Assembly: GCF_006345805.1 (NCBI RefSeq)
Contig: NC_042999.1
Span: forward strand, 168,082,001 to 168,146,000
DNA: 64,000 nt
From: Octopus sinensis
Taxonomy: Eukaryota
Direction: 5' to 3'
The stretch's first letter is position 1, and every line of letters starts with the position of its first letter. Under the pieces are notes generated by a model. The model saw only the letters and a list, made by a program, of their open reading frames with translations. It ran no database searches and had not been told where the DNA came from. Positions 38,560-51,796 of this stretch are shown here, in pieces. A program made the translations under genes and the position numbers.

Positions 38560-38879
38560 TAATAAATAATAGAAAGGGCCTTTTAGCTTGAGTCTCTGCC
38601 ACTTACCAGATTCAAGTAGTCTCAGTGATGAAAAAACTGCAAAACTGCAAGGACTTTCTGGACATTGACAGAAGAGGAAATCAGCTGCAAATGAGCTGTG
38701 GAATCTTGTTTTTGTCCTTTTTACTCTTTGTTATGTTACTGTCAATTTTTCCGCATGTTGTATTTTCTTGGATTTCTGCTTGTTGTGTTCTTTCTGTCCT
38801 ATTCTTGAATTATCCATGCAGTGCACTGTACAACCTGTTGATTACTCTGTTAAAAAAAAAATGGGGGGGGGGGGCTGTT

Positions 38880-38911
<32 letters not shown>

Positions 38912-38915
<4 letters not shown>

Positions 38916-39305
38916 TGCAGGAATGGCTGTGTGGTAAGTAGCTTGCTTACCAACCACATGGTTCCGGGTTCAGTCCCACTGTGTGGTACCTTGGGCAAGT
39001 ATCCTCTACTGTAGCCTCGGGTCAACCAAAGCCTTGTGAGTAGATTTGGTAGACGGAAACTGAAAGAAGCCCGTCATATGTATATATATATGTATATATA
39101 TATGTGCGTATGTGTTTGTTCCCCCAACATCACTTGACAACCAATGCTGGTGTGTTTACGTCCCCGTAACTTAGCGGTTCAGCAAAAAACCCGATAGAAT
39201 AAATACTAGGCTTACAAAGAATAAGTCTTGGGGTTGATTTGCTTGACTAAAGGCGGTGCTCCAGCATGGCCACAGTCAAATGACTGAAACAAGTAAAAGA
39301 GTAAA
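38912..39305 (+). mobile_element. SINE family 1 copy
   Basis: Full-length match. Confidence 0.9.
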
Positions 39306-39377
39306 AAATTATATATCTGTGTGTGTGTGTGTGTCCTGCCACTGTTTGACAACTGGTGTTGATGTGTTTCCATCCCC

Positions 39378-39797
39378 TTATTACACACATGTGAGTGAGA
39401 ACACTTTGAGATATTTTTGGTATCTAAAATATATCAGATACTGCGAGCGCTGCTTCTGATTGGTCAATCCATGGTGATGACCCGAGGTCATGGTGACAGC
39501 GCTGCTTCTGATTGGTCAATTCATGGTGATGACCCGAGGTCACGGTGACGGCACTACTTTTGTCATTCATAAGTTACAACTAAACATGAAGAATTTAGTT
39601 ATTGGGTTCATAAAATATGGTCGTTTATTCGTGTGTAATAAATAAAATACCAAACTCATTCCCTATGGATACCGTATTTATTACAACGAGTGGCTTGTAA
39701 ACGTATCTAACGAGCGAAAGTGAGTTAGATACGTTTACAAGCCACTCGTTGTAATAAATACGGTATCCATAGGGAATGAGTTTGGTATTCTCTATAT
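39378..39797. mobile_element. Unclassified foldback element inserted in an old SINE
   Basis: Perfect 66 bp inverted arms 39646-39711 and 39724-39789 with a 12 nt loop; two roughly 52 bp repeats containing GATTGGTC at 39446-39550. Confidence 0.65.
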
Positions 39798-39989
39798 ACT
39801 TAACAGTTCACCAAAAGAGGCCAATAGAATAAGTACCATGTTTAAAAAATAAAAAGAACTGGGGTCAATTCATTCGACTAAAAAATTATTGAAGGCAGTG
39901 CCCCAGCATGGCCACAGTCTAATGACTGAAACAAGTAAAAGATAAAAAGATAAGAGTGGAAATTGGTAATAAAAGACTGAAAACACTAC

Positions 39990-40182
39990 CATTATCATCT
40001 TCATTAATGTCATTATCAGCATCATCCCCTGTAGCATCTTGAATATCATCCAAAGGATTGGTTTTTACCTGAGGTTGCTTACAAATTTTAGTCATTTGGA
40101 AACAATTTTCCACCCAGCCACGTTGTCGTAGACAACATCGTACAGTCGAATAGCCTCCTTGAATAGTAAATATTTGGTTCAG
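39990..40182 (-). CDS. TTLL3: TTLL3/TTLL8-family exon B
   Basis: Acceptor tattttcag, donor G|gtagtg; LNQIFTIQGGYSTVRCCLRQRGWVEN...DDADNDINEDDN matches the IFTIQGxYxxIRxxLRxRGWVE motif followed by an acidic tract. Confidence 0.92.
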
Positions 40183-40627
40183 CTGAAAATAAAAAGAAAA
40201 AATATATATTTTTGAAATGTCGTTAACAAAAAAATAATAATAATGATAATAAATTATGATTTATCATAAGTAATGATGAACTTACATTTATCCATCAAAA
40301 ATGGCTAAAAAGTATTCTAAGATTAAATTGTTCAATAACATCTTTTAGTCTAGTTGCACCAAACAACAAGTCTTTCACACTTCAGTTGTTGTTAAGCCCA
40401 GTGCCAACCTTAATTCAGCTAACTTATGATCAAAGGCTTTCCAGTTATGACAATCCTATCTTTTTTTTTTTCTAGTATAGTGTACCCCACACTGTCTTCC
40501 CTTTTTCTATTATGATAACAATATTTATTGAAAGATTTGGATGCTATTTCTAACCGACTGCAAGACCATATAAAAACTTCCTTATTGGCTCACTCATCGC
40601 ACAGAATTTGATGAAATATTACCAGAA

Positions 40628-41061
40628 TAGGCACAGGAGTGGCTGTGTGGTAAGTAGCTTGCTTACCAACCACATGGTTCCGGGTTCAGTCCCACTGCGT
40701 GGCACCTTGGGCAAGTGTCTTCTACTATAGCCTCGGGTCAACCAAAGCCTTGTGAGTGGATTTGGTAGACGGAAACTGAAAGAAGCCCGTTGTATATATG
40801 TATGTATATATATATATGTGTGTGTGCGTGTGTGTTTGTGTGTCTGTGTTTGTCCCCCTAGCATTGCTTGACAACCGATGCTGGTGTGTTTATGTCCCCG
40901 TCACTTAGCGGTTCGGCAAAAGAGACCAATAGAATAAGTACTGGGCTTACAAAAGAATAAGTCCCGGGGTCGATTTGCTCGACTAAAGGCGGTGCTCCAG
41001 CATGGCCGCAGTCAACTGACTGAAACAAGTAAAAGAGTAAAGAGTAAGAGAGAGTAAAGAG
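40628..41061 (+). mobile_element. SINE family 1 copy
   Basis: Full-length match. Confidence 0.9.
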
Positions 41062-43059
41062 AATATTAGTAAAAACCAGATATTGAGTAAGACTTCAAGA
41101 GTATTACTAATGATTTCTTTGAAACAAGTTTTCATAGCATTCGTTTTAAAAAAAGCACCTCTTAATTTATAGAGAGCAAGAGCACCTCTTAATTTAAAGT
41201 AAGAGCAAGAGAAAGAACAGCAAACAGAGAGTTGAATGAGCTCCATTGCCAGATTGGTATTTACCAACTATTCAAAAATGAAAAGCAAATTTGACTTCAG
41301 AGGAATTTAAGCACAGAATGCAGAATAAATACCACAAAGCATTATATTCAATGTTCTCACAAGTCTGTCAATTAGTTACCTTAGCAAAAATATGGAACAA
41401 TTCCTGAATTTGAGTACCATCCATATATAGAAAACTTTATACTATAAAATAGCTTGTTCTCTACAGTTTAGATCCAGATCTTATTGACTTACACATTTAG
41501 CTAAATTGAAGACATGTTACCTTGAGCCAAAGGAAACGTTCTTCTTCATATTATATCTATGGCAGCAGTAAGATTATTTAAAACTTTATTCCATAAGGAA
41601 ATGCAATAAGTTTGGTGGAATTCTGGTTTAATCACCCTCATAACCTTTTTTAGTTTTTGCAATTTTTGGAAAATTTTGCAAATTTGTGTTCTACAAAAAG
41701 AAAACAAAAAATTTTTTGTATGTGATTTAAGGATGACTTAGCTGTTGTTTTTAGCACATCCCACGACCACCTGATACCATCCTCTTTCTTTGTCACTTTG
41801 ACATGTATTAATATTTTACAATATTTTTCTGCATGTTAACATATTTAATGGAATGATGATGCACCCAAGAGTGATCCACTGCTGGGATTTAAGCAAAAAA
41901 TTTGGACTGTCTAAAATTTTAAACTCCAATTTAAAGAAAAATATTTTTAAAAAAAGTAGAAGTTTTAGGATTTATTTGTGAAGGGGTTGAAAAAAAAATT
42001 CTCATAACTATGAATTCCCATGTGTAGAACACAAGTTTGCCAAAAATTTTTACGACATCAGATACTGTCTTTTACAACACTAAATATATTAAAATGACAA
42101 AAATGTTTTAATTTGTTAAAATGATCACTTAAAGCCACACCACTTTTTTGTAGCTATTATTCTTTGAAAAACGGTTTTTACCATAAGATTCATCTCATAT
42201 AGTTCTTTCATATCAACACAATTATTGTATAGCTTTCTTTAACAATAACTGAGATATTTTGATTCAAAGTCAATTTTTGGGGTTACCATTTTTTGGTCAT
42301 TTAAAGCCAAATTACATTTTTCCTAGCTAATACATTTTAACAAGGTTTACACCAAAGGATTCTTCTCAATGAGCACATATTTTTTAACTCAAGTAATCTA
42401 GATTTTTCTTTGAAACTACCTGGGATATTTTGAATCAAAGTCAATTTTCACCTTACTCTCCCATCTTTGACCTAACATTTTTTTTTTTAAAGAACCAAAT
42501 TTAGATTATTTCGTCTCACATTCAATTGGCTAATAACTGAATTACTGATGAAGCCTAGAAGTGCTTGTGAGTAACCAAAAGTTGACCTTAAGAATAAATC
42601 TACCCACTGCTATAGGTGAACAATACACACATCACACGCATATATATTATACAGAGAGAGAGCAGGAAGGAGGGGATGATGAAAGAGGAAGTTGTGATAA
42701 GTGGTAGTTGAGGTGGTAAAAAGGGGAATATGAGAGGAAAAACAGAAACAATACTATTGAACTGATGCAGATGTATAATCAGACGCACGTGCATCCCTGT
42801 GCACATATATAAACACACATTTTTGTTATATGAAGTTAAGGCACGTCGTTAACTTGCAGGCTGCCAAAAACAACCAGGTACAATAAAATAAGGTTCATAG
42901 TGAAAGAAACAACACTGAATACATAAAGTGTTAGTAGCATATCATAGATATACAAGTACGAAATACAATTTAAATCATAGATCTCACTCGGGGGTGGGTC
43001 CTTGGTGTGGCATGGGCGTAAGAAGTAAATACAAATGGCATTTAAAATTTACAACAGAT

Positions 43060-43263
43060 ACTCTTTTACTCTTTTACTTGTTTCGGTCATTTGACTGCGG
43101 CCATGCTGGAGCACCACCTTTAGTCGAGCAAATCGACCCCGGGACTTATTCTTTGAAAGCCCAGTACTTATTCTATCGGTCTCTGTTGCCGAACCGCTAA
43201 GTGACGGGGACGTAAACACACCAGCATCGGTTGTCAAGCAATGCTAAGGGGACACACAAACAC

Positions 43264-43304
<41 letters not shown>

Positions 43305-43461
43305 ACAGGCTTCTTTCAGTTTCCGTCTACTAAATCCACTCACAAGGCATTGGTCGGCCCGGGGCTCTAGCAGAAGACACTTGCCCAAGATGCCAGGCAG
43401 TGGGACTGAACCCGGAACCATGTGGTTGGTTAGCAAGCTACTTACCACACAGCCACTCCTG
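43060..43461 (-). mobile_element. SINE family 1 copy
   Basis: Reverse complement of the family consensus. Confidence 0.9.
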
Positions 43462-45410
43462 TTTCAATGAAATTTTATTTATTTAATGCAGTCATAAAAA
43501 TTAAGATCTTAATATATAATCCCCCATCGTAAAGTAAAATTTTAAACATTGACCTAAACATAGCCAACATTAGCTGGACTAGAGACACATTTACAATCTA
43601 AAATAGGTTTTGACTTAACAATAATGCTTAATAATCTAAGAATCATCAGACATTGGGTTGCCATGAGTTGTAATTCAAGTCATCAAAACAGATCTATTCT
43701 CAGTTGAAGGAGAAACATGAAGGTGTTCACCCATCACCGACATCAACCAGTTATCAACAGTCAACCCTTCATATCCATGCATGTGTACAATAGATATACA
43801 CTGTATATATTCTTTTTCTTTTTACTTGTTTCAGTCATTTAACTGTGGCCATGCTGGAGCACTGCCTTAAAGGGTGTTTAGTTGAAAAAATCAACCCCAG
43901 GACTTATTCTTTATAAGCCTAGTACCTATTCTATCGATCTCTTTTGCCGAACCACTATGCTACAGGGACATAAACACACCAGCATCAGTTGTCAAGCGAT
44001 AGTGAGGGGACAAACACAAAGACACAAATATATGTCTGTCTACTTACTGTACTTACTTCTTATGCCCATTCCACACCAAGGACCCACTCACAAGGCTTTG
44101 GTCAGCCCAAGGCTATTGTAGAAGACATTTGCCCAAGGTGCCATGCAGTGGGACTGAACCCAGAAACATTTGGTTGAGAAGTAAGCTTCTTAGACAGATA
44201 TACATACATAGACATATATATATATATATATATATTTATATGCACACATCCTGCCACACATATATATGTATAGACATAGATACATATATCACAGTACATA
44301 TAAGCATAAAACTGCCATAAATATATATACATAAACATAAATTTATACATTACACATGCATATGTATAATTAAGACAACATAAAGAAGAATTATATATCT
44401 TCAAAATTTGTTCATTACAGTATTATTCTCATTAATTTCACATTACATTTACCTATTGAATTCAGCACCTTGTAACTGTTTATATTTTTCCGGCAGGTGA
44501 CCAAGACGTAAGCTAAAATCTGCTTTTCCCTCAATCTCCATGTTCTAAGATAAGTCACTCTACAAATTTCTTTTTCCCTTGTCAATAAAATGTAACTTGC
44601 AACCCAATTGTTTCACTTTCCCTCTCTGAGGAGTTTCATTAACATAAAATCCCTGATTCAGTTTTTCTTATATTATCATTGCTCAAATATTCTTGAATAA
44701 ATATTTCTATATAATTTATTTTAATGTCCAAGTCACTTCACCATAGTTCCTCTCTGTCCCAACAGATGCCATGTCAATGACTATTAATATTATTCATTGT
44801 CGAAGTAGTAGTTAGTAGTTATGAATCATCATCATCATCATCATCGTTTAACGTCCGTTCTCCATGCTAGCATGGGTTGGACGGTTTGACCGGGCATCTG
44901 GGAAGCCAGAAGGCTGCACCAGGCTCCGGTCTTATCTGGCAATGTTTCTACAGCTGGATGCCCTTCCTAATGCCAACCACTCTGTGAGTGTAGTGGGTGC
45001 TTTTTACGTGCCACCTGCACTGGTGCCAGGCGAGGCTGGCATTGGCCACGGTCAGATTGGTGCATTTTACGTGCCACCTGCACGGAAGCCCGTCGAGGTG
45101 GCACTGGCTTCGGCCACGATTCGGATAGTGCTTTTTACGTATCTCCAGTCCAGGGGTCCTGGCATCTGCCGGGTGCCAGTCATAGGATTGGTTCAATTTC
45201 GATTCCGATTTCACTTGCCCCAACAGGCAAGTTTATTGAAATTCCTATTCAGGTAAATATGTTCTTAAATTCCATGCAAGATGAATCCACATGTTCAGGA
45301 GCCTATTTAAACAAAGACTAAATGAGCAGCCACCAAAACTGTTTCTCCTTATCCCTCCCTCTCACCTAACTTCTACCCTTATTAATGTCAGATACACACA
45401 TATATACATA

Positions 45411-45843
45411 CTAGCAGCATAGCCCGGCATTGCCCGGGTATGTAAGAGTCCCTAGTAGGCAACGACTAATCCCAATCTAGTCCTTTCCCTCTAGGAAACG
45501 AAGGCGCATGTGTAGGTTGCAATGTCTTCTCTTCACTCGAATACTTCTGTGTATACGATGTTCCTAGCTGTCCCTTTGGGCGATAAAAAAGTCGAGTTGT
45601 GTCCCCTAGACAGAAAATGTGTTGCATATAAAAAGCTTAGATTCTCGACCCCATGTCGAATTTATCGATTTTTTTCAGAACTGGGGGAACTTTTCAAAAT
45701 TTTCACTGCGTTAGTTTTGAATTATGACATTGGGCTATGTGTGTGTCAAGTTTCATCAGAATCGGTTGAAAGCCGTGGTCAGGGTGAGGGTACAACCTGA
45801 CAGACACACAGAAACACACACAGACAAACTGCCGTTATATATA
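45411..45843 (-). mobile_element. Non-autonomous Helitron (same family as 30284-30707)
   Basis: Reverse complement match; begins ctagcagcatagcccggcattgcccggg on the + strand. Confidence 0.85.
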
Positions 45844-45979
45844 TACATACATATGTGTGAATGAAAAGTGCATAAAACCATATATGCATGAGAATGGGTT
45901 TATATAGTTGTCTACATAACAATACACACAGTTTGATGTTTTAAGCACCTACGTTAGTTTACATATATCTACAAATATA

Positions 45980-46199
45980 TACGAGGGGGTGGGGCTGAAA
46001 AGTTCCTGGCTTTAAGTGTATTGCAAAAGGCCTGGTTGGAGGCCCAACATTCTGAGTTCTTTTACGAGGCATAGAAAAACTGAAGAACTGTTGCAATAAG
46101 TGTGTGGGTCTAAGGAGGGAATACGTTGAATAAAATCATAATTAACTGATCTTGTATTTTCTTTTACCAAAAGCCAGTAACTTTTCAACACCCCTTCAT
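45980..46199. mobile_element. Mariner-derived MITE related to 51797-53097
   Basis: TIRs tacgaggggg...ctgaaaagttcctggcttt / aaagccagtaacttttcaacacccct; interior matches the reverse complement of about 51800-51975. Confidence 0.8.
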
Positions 46200-46809
46200 A
46201 TGTGTAAATATGCTTTTATGCCTAAGCACATATATATATGAGTTTCATATACAAATATGAGAAAGCATATAAAGGTGTGCCTACTTTCAAAATTTGACCG
46301 ATACCCTATGACTGCCCTACTCACACCATCCCCATCCCACCTTGTTTTGTTGAGGCTTGTCCTCTGGGGACCTGGAATTGGAGGGAGACTGTAAACATTG
46401 AGCAGCATATGCATATTTACCCACACCTGCTTTCACTGACATATGCAAGGCCCCCACTGCCTCCAGGCAAGTGCCCAATAAAGTATTCGTCTTCACAGAT
46501 GTCAAACACAATCCCCTGCATATTCTCACATTCCCTTGAAGTCCACAAACTTAGAACAGCTACAATCTATGTCAGTACCATGAAAGGCAGATCTAGTGAG
46601 ATTGTTGAAAAGTTCAAGTGGAGAAATGTGTAGGTTTGCTGCATGAAAGAGGTATGATGGTAGGGAGCTTTTGGGTAAATAGCATAAATATATATTCTTC
46701 TGAATAGGGAGTAGTGATGGGGTAGACAGTATAAGTATACTTTTGGCAGAGAACTGGGTAGATAAGGTGATTGAGGTTGTCAGGGTATGTGATAGGATTA
46801 TCAAGTTAA

Positions 46810-47223
46810 GAATGTGAAGAAGCAGGCTGGAAAGCGGAACATTTTCCTATCGAAGTCGGATGTAGAGGGTTTGTAGGACAGTGTGAGACGACTGTTGTTA
46901 TCGCTAGGCCTAACTCATCGTAAAGTCAATACCACCATGACTGATATCCAATCTACAGTGGAGAAGGCTAGCCACTGGATTTGGTTAAAAAGAGACGATG
47001 AGCGATGGCTAGAAGGATATTGAGTTTAATTTCATAACCAGCTGATCTAGCAAGCGGGGCCTCATATCAGTGAGGGGGGCCGGTGCGCATTGATGCCGTC
47101 GAGAGGTAGGCCCCGAAACAGCGCGCATTCTCTCCTGATGACCCCATACACTTGCTAGCTTCCGATATACGGAGCTTTTAACTGGTAGCACTTGCATGTG
47201 CAAGTTGTTTGCAAGATATCTAA
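46810..47223 (+). mobile_element. 5'-truncated copy of the same HERO-like family inserted in a decayed RTE
   Basis: Closely matches the reverse complement of about 4338-4752 (end of the RLE domain plus 3' UTR), ending ...gatatctaa. Confidence 0.92.
47047..47158 (+). ncRNA. Candidate permuted hammerhead-like ribozyme (third copy)
   Basis: GUC 47098-47100, GAGAG 47101-05, GGCCCC-GAAA 47109-18, CUCUC-CUGAUGA 47130-41, outer stem CUAGCAAG/CUUGCUAG; one stem III mismatch (A47120). Confidence 0.45.
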
Positions 47224-49078
47224 CAGTGACATTTATCTCTGTAAATGCTTCACATTGCTGGACCAGATGATGAACAGAAGGACTGTTTCCACAAGTCTCT
47301 TCTGCAGACTACCTCGACAATGAAGGACAATGACTGTATTTTCATAGCTGATGACTTCAACAGTTATGTTGGGCAGCACTTCAATGGATTTTATGGTGTG
47401 CATGGTGGTTTCAGCTTTGACATTAGAAATAAGGATGGAACAAAGCTGGTCTGCAACACTAAATTCAGGAAACCTGCCAGCAACCTAATCCCTTATCAGT
47501 CTGGTGGGCACTCAAGCCAGACTGACTACATTCTCATCAGAAACAGGGATAGGCTTATAAATGCAAAGCCCTTTCCCAATAAGGAATGTACAACTCAACA
47601 CAGATTAATGACTATTGTCTTCAGACTTAGGGCTAGATGGACAAGGAAGTTATGGAAGCTCAAAGAGCCATCAAACAATCAGAGATTTAGAGATATTCTG
47701 ATTAAAGTGTTTGATGAGAAAGAGGAAGAGGTTGTGACATATAATGTAGAAGACAACTAGAAGTTCTTATGGGACAACCTTGTGAAGGTTGCAGACCAAA
47801 TCTGCAGCTGACACAAAGTTTCTGCCAGATGGAGTGTGATTTTGTGGTGGAACAATTAGGTAGATAGGGCTATAAAAGTGAAGAGACAGGCTTGGAAAGA
47901 TTGGAGAAATGGAGGCAGCAAAGACCTAAATTAGGTAGCCAAGAAGGAAGCTAGGTTTATCTAGCAAGGACAGAAGCAGAAAGGAAGAGGTTTGCCAATG
48001 CCTTACAATGTGAAGATCAAAGACTTGAGCAATTCCAGATCATTAGAGAGTGAGTGAGAGAGAATTGAGATGTTGTGGGAGAGAAGTGTATACAGATAAA
48101 CAATGGTATGCTTGCACTTCAAAAAGTAAAAGACATGAAAGTATAACTATGAAAGTTTTTAAATGTGGAAAATAAATAAGAGAAAGGGAATCTCCTCTAT
48201 ATCAACCCTACAGAGGGACTGGCTATTTGTGTTGAGAGCAGCATGATAGATGAGGCAATTATGGATATAAAGACAGAGAAAGCCTCGGTCCATTAGAAGT
48301 TACCACTGAGATGCTTAAAATACCTAGTGGAGTAGGATATAGTCTAGTCACCTGTATAGTTAATTAGGTTATTCAGGAAGGTGTTGTGCCAATGACTGGT
48401 GTAGCCGCGTTATAGTCAGCTGCTACAAGGTTAAAGGAGATGCCTTAGATAGAAGCGATTACAAAGGCATCAAATTGCTTGACCAGGTCATGAAAGTTAC
48501 AGAAAGAGTTATAGCCCATGCAATTTGGCTTTGTGCTGCAAAGAAACAAGATTACAGTAAAGCATGAACTATTCCTAGCCTTAAATAATATTCAAATGAG
48601 ACAGTTTTACTTAACTTAATTACAAAGTATAGGTTAAAATAAATGCTTACAGGTAAGAGATTAAGTAGAAAATATTCAAAGCATTTTAGTTAACAGGCTT
48701 GAAGTATAAAAAACTGTTTCTAATATAGTAGATGTATTTTGCCTGAGTTCCCAAGATTTATTAAGGACATTAGCTGAACATTTTAGTATTTCTAATAATT
48801 ATATTTATCACCATCATCATTATTTAATGTCCAATTTTCATGGTTGCATGGGTTGGACAGGTTGACTAGACCTGGTAAGGCCAGAGGCAACACTAGACTC
48901 CATTGTCTGTTATGGCATGATTTCTACAGTTGGATGCCCTTCCTCATGCCCACCACTCCACAGTGTATACTGGCTGTTTTTTTATGTGGCACCAACACCA
49001 GGGCTTTTTTCATGACACCAGCACCGATATCAAATCTGCTGTAGCAGGCAGATCTTCTTCAGCACAGCAATGCACCAG

Positions 49079-49111
<33 letters not shown>

Positions 49112-49441
49112 ATATATATGCACATACTGAACTGTAATAGTTTGTTGTGGTGATGGTGATGATGTTGATTAGAGCATTAAAGTGGTAGTGGTTCATGTAA
49201 GTTGGAAAGAACAAACAGCTAACAATTTAATTTTTAGCTAAAATTTAAAGAAAAAAAGTACTACATGGTTTACCGCATGTGCCTTAGTGTCAGCAATTGT
49301 TACAAATGACTAACATCTTCACTACTGCCATCATTAACATCTCTTATTTTCCCTTCTTTTTTCTCTCCCACTTTTGAATTACTTTCCCAAGCATGATAGA
49401 AAAGGTAAGTAGAAATGTGCTATTATATCAATATATAGATA

Positions 49442-49838
49442 TAGGTGCAGTCGTGGCTGTGTGGTGAGAAGTTTGCTTCCCAACCACATGGTTCAGGGTT
49501 CAGTCTCACTGCAAGGCACCTTGGGCAAGTGTCTTCTACTATAGCCTCAGGCTGACCAAAACCTTATGAGAAGATTTGGGAAATGGAAACTGATAAAAGC
49601 CTGTCATAAAGATGCATAAATATAAATGTGTCTGTGTTTGTCTCTCACCACTGCTTGATAACTGGTGCTGTTGTTTATGTCCGATAACTTAGTGGATCTG
49701 CAAAAGAGACTGATAGAATAAGTACCAGGCTGCTAAAAATATAAGTCCTGAGATCAATACATTAATCTAGAAATTCTTTAAGGTGGTGCCCCAGCCTAAC
49801 CGCAGTCTAAAGACTTAGATAAGTAAAGGATAAAGGAT
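49442..49838 (+). mobile_element. Older SINE family 1 subfamily copy; others near 1270-1500, 1835-2230, 13125-13480, 16318-16715, 17068-17445, 18575-18970, 43815-44190, 50150-50715
   Basis: Same layout, diverged (agaagtttgcttcccaaccacatgg head, aaaagataaaag tail). Confidence 0.8.
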
Positions 49839-50322
49839 ATATATGTAGGTATTCCTAATGAACAATTGGATGCAAGCCACTGATCAGTCCTGTCACTGGA
49901 ACAGGCTGCCAAACTTATGTGAATAAAGTAGGAAGCATAAAGCAATGTCAAGGGTCAAGAAGTGAGCTAAGATTTACTTAACCAAGATAAAAACAAGATT
50001 ACTTGTGTTCTGTGCCTTTAGAATAAGCAGCGTGAAATATTTCAAATAGCTGGATAATATATTCATATTGGGCAAGTGTCTCCTACAATAGCCTCGGGCT
50101 AACCAAAGCCTTGTGAGTGAATTTGGTAGACAGAAACTGAAAGAAGCCCGTCATATATATATTCTTTTACTTGTTTCAGTCATTTGACTACAGCCATGCT
50201 GGAGCACTGCCGTAAAAGGTTTTTTAGTTGAAGAAATCAACCCCAGGACTTTTTCTATCGGTCTCTTTTGCTGAACTGCTACATTATCGAGCAATGGTGT
50301 AGGGACACACACACACACATAA

Positions 50323-50372
<50 letters not shown>

Positions 50373-51796
50373 ATGGACTTCTTTCGGTTTCTGTCTACAA
50401 AGTCCGCTGACATGGCTTTGGTCAGCCTGAGGGTATAGTAGAAGACACTTGCCCAAGGTGCCACACAGAGGGACTGAACCGAGGTTGGGAAGCAAACTTT
50501 TTACTACACAGCTACACCTGCAACTATATGTGTGTGTCTGTGTTTGTTTCCCACCCTCCCACATAACTTAGTGGTTTGGCAAAAGAGACAGATAGAATAA
50601 GTACCAGGCTTTAAAAAAAATAAGTACCGGGGTCAATTCATTCTACTAAAAATTCAAAGTGGTGCCCCAGCATGGCCGCAGTCTAATGACTGAAACAGAT
50701 GAAAGATAAAGGATATAATTACAAAGAATTATATTCAAAATGAAACTGATAAATCAGTGAATATGAAAAGAAAGACAAATAGAAGTATCTTCTGAACAAA
50801 GAATATGAATAGAATTATGAGGGTCAACTTCAAAAGGAATCAACAGAGAGGTAATCTATAGATATACATACAAGATAAATTAATGAGACAAGAGAAGTGC
50901 AGGTCCATTAATGACAGTTGCTGAGGTGTAGAAATCATTAGATTACGTTAGGAGTCCATAATTGCCTAAATGTTTAGGTAATGCCCTTAATAAATCCTGT
51001 GAACTTAGGGTAAAATACTTCCACTACATTAGAAACACATGTTTATACTTTAAACCTATAAACTAAAATGCTTCGAATATTTACTACTTAATCTCTTACC
51101 TCTAAGTATTTATTTTAACCCATACATTGTAATTATGCTTCAACGTTATCTTGCTTCTCTCTGGCACAAAGTATTAACCCCATTCATTGACTTACGTAGT
51201 AGTACAGCTGTCACTCACAGATAGAGTAACCAAAAGAGTCTCAATGTGACGGCTCAAATTGTTAGAAATAGAAGCCAAATATCTTTCAAATTACACCATA
51301 GTACTTAAAAAAAGAATACACTAGATGAAGTAGTCTATGATATACTATTCACCAAAATAAGACAAGATGGTCTTGGATGTTTAGACTAAAATCCTCACAA
51401 AAGGATGATTATAGGTCTACTCAATCAGAGCCTATTTGGTGACAACAACAAGAGTAAGAAAACAAGAAGACTTGGCTGTTGGGTCAAGTTAGTGCAGAAT
51501 CATACTAAAGACAAAGTTGGGTTCCATAAGAGTTGCTTCGAGTATGTATCAGCTCAAGGATGTTTCCATATTTCCATACTTCTAGTCATTTATCTACAAG
51601 AAAAATGTTCAACTAAGAACAAGGAATTCTGCTTTGAAGGTCCTAGATTCGATAGTCTGATGCAAACTGAAAAAGATGGTTGTAAATGGATGGTACTGTT
51701 CGGGCCATTTATAAGCAAAATCAGGAATTAACAGTGATTTCAGTTAAGAATCTAGTCTACAAATAGTGCTTACTATGGTTCTATTCTTAATACTAT

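Larger units (their letters stand above)
46330..48545 (+). mobile_element. Old RTE LINE fragment interrupted by the HERO-like copy
   Basis: Degenerate endonuclease (MKGRSSEIVE, DFNSYVG, SQTDYIL) and RT N-terminus homologous to 54215-55700. Confidence 0.85.

Noticed and set aside
47085-47145. SECIS or HDV-like ribozyme reading of the structured repeat
   Set aside because: No AUGA/GA quartet with apical AAR at SECIS spacing, and I could not fit the HDV nested double pseudoknot by eye.
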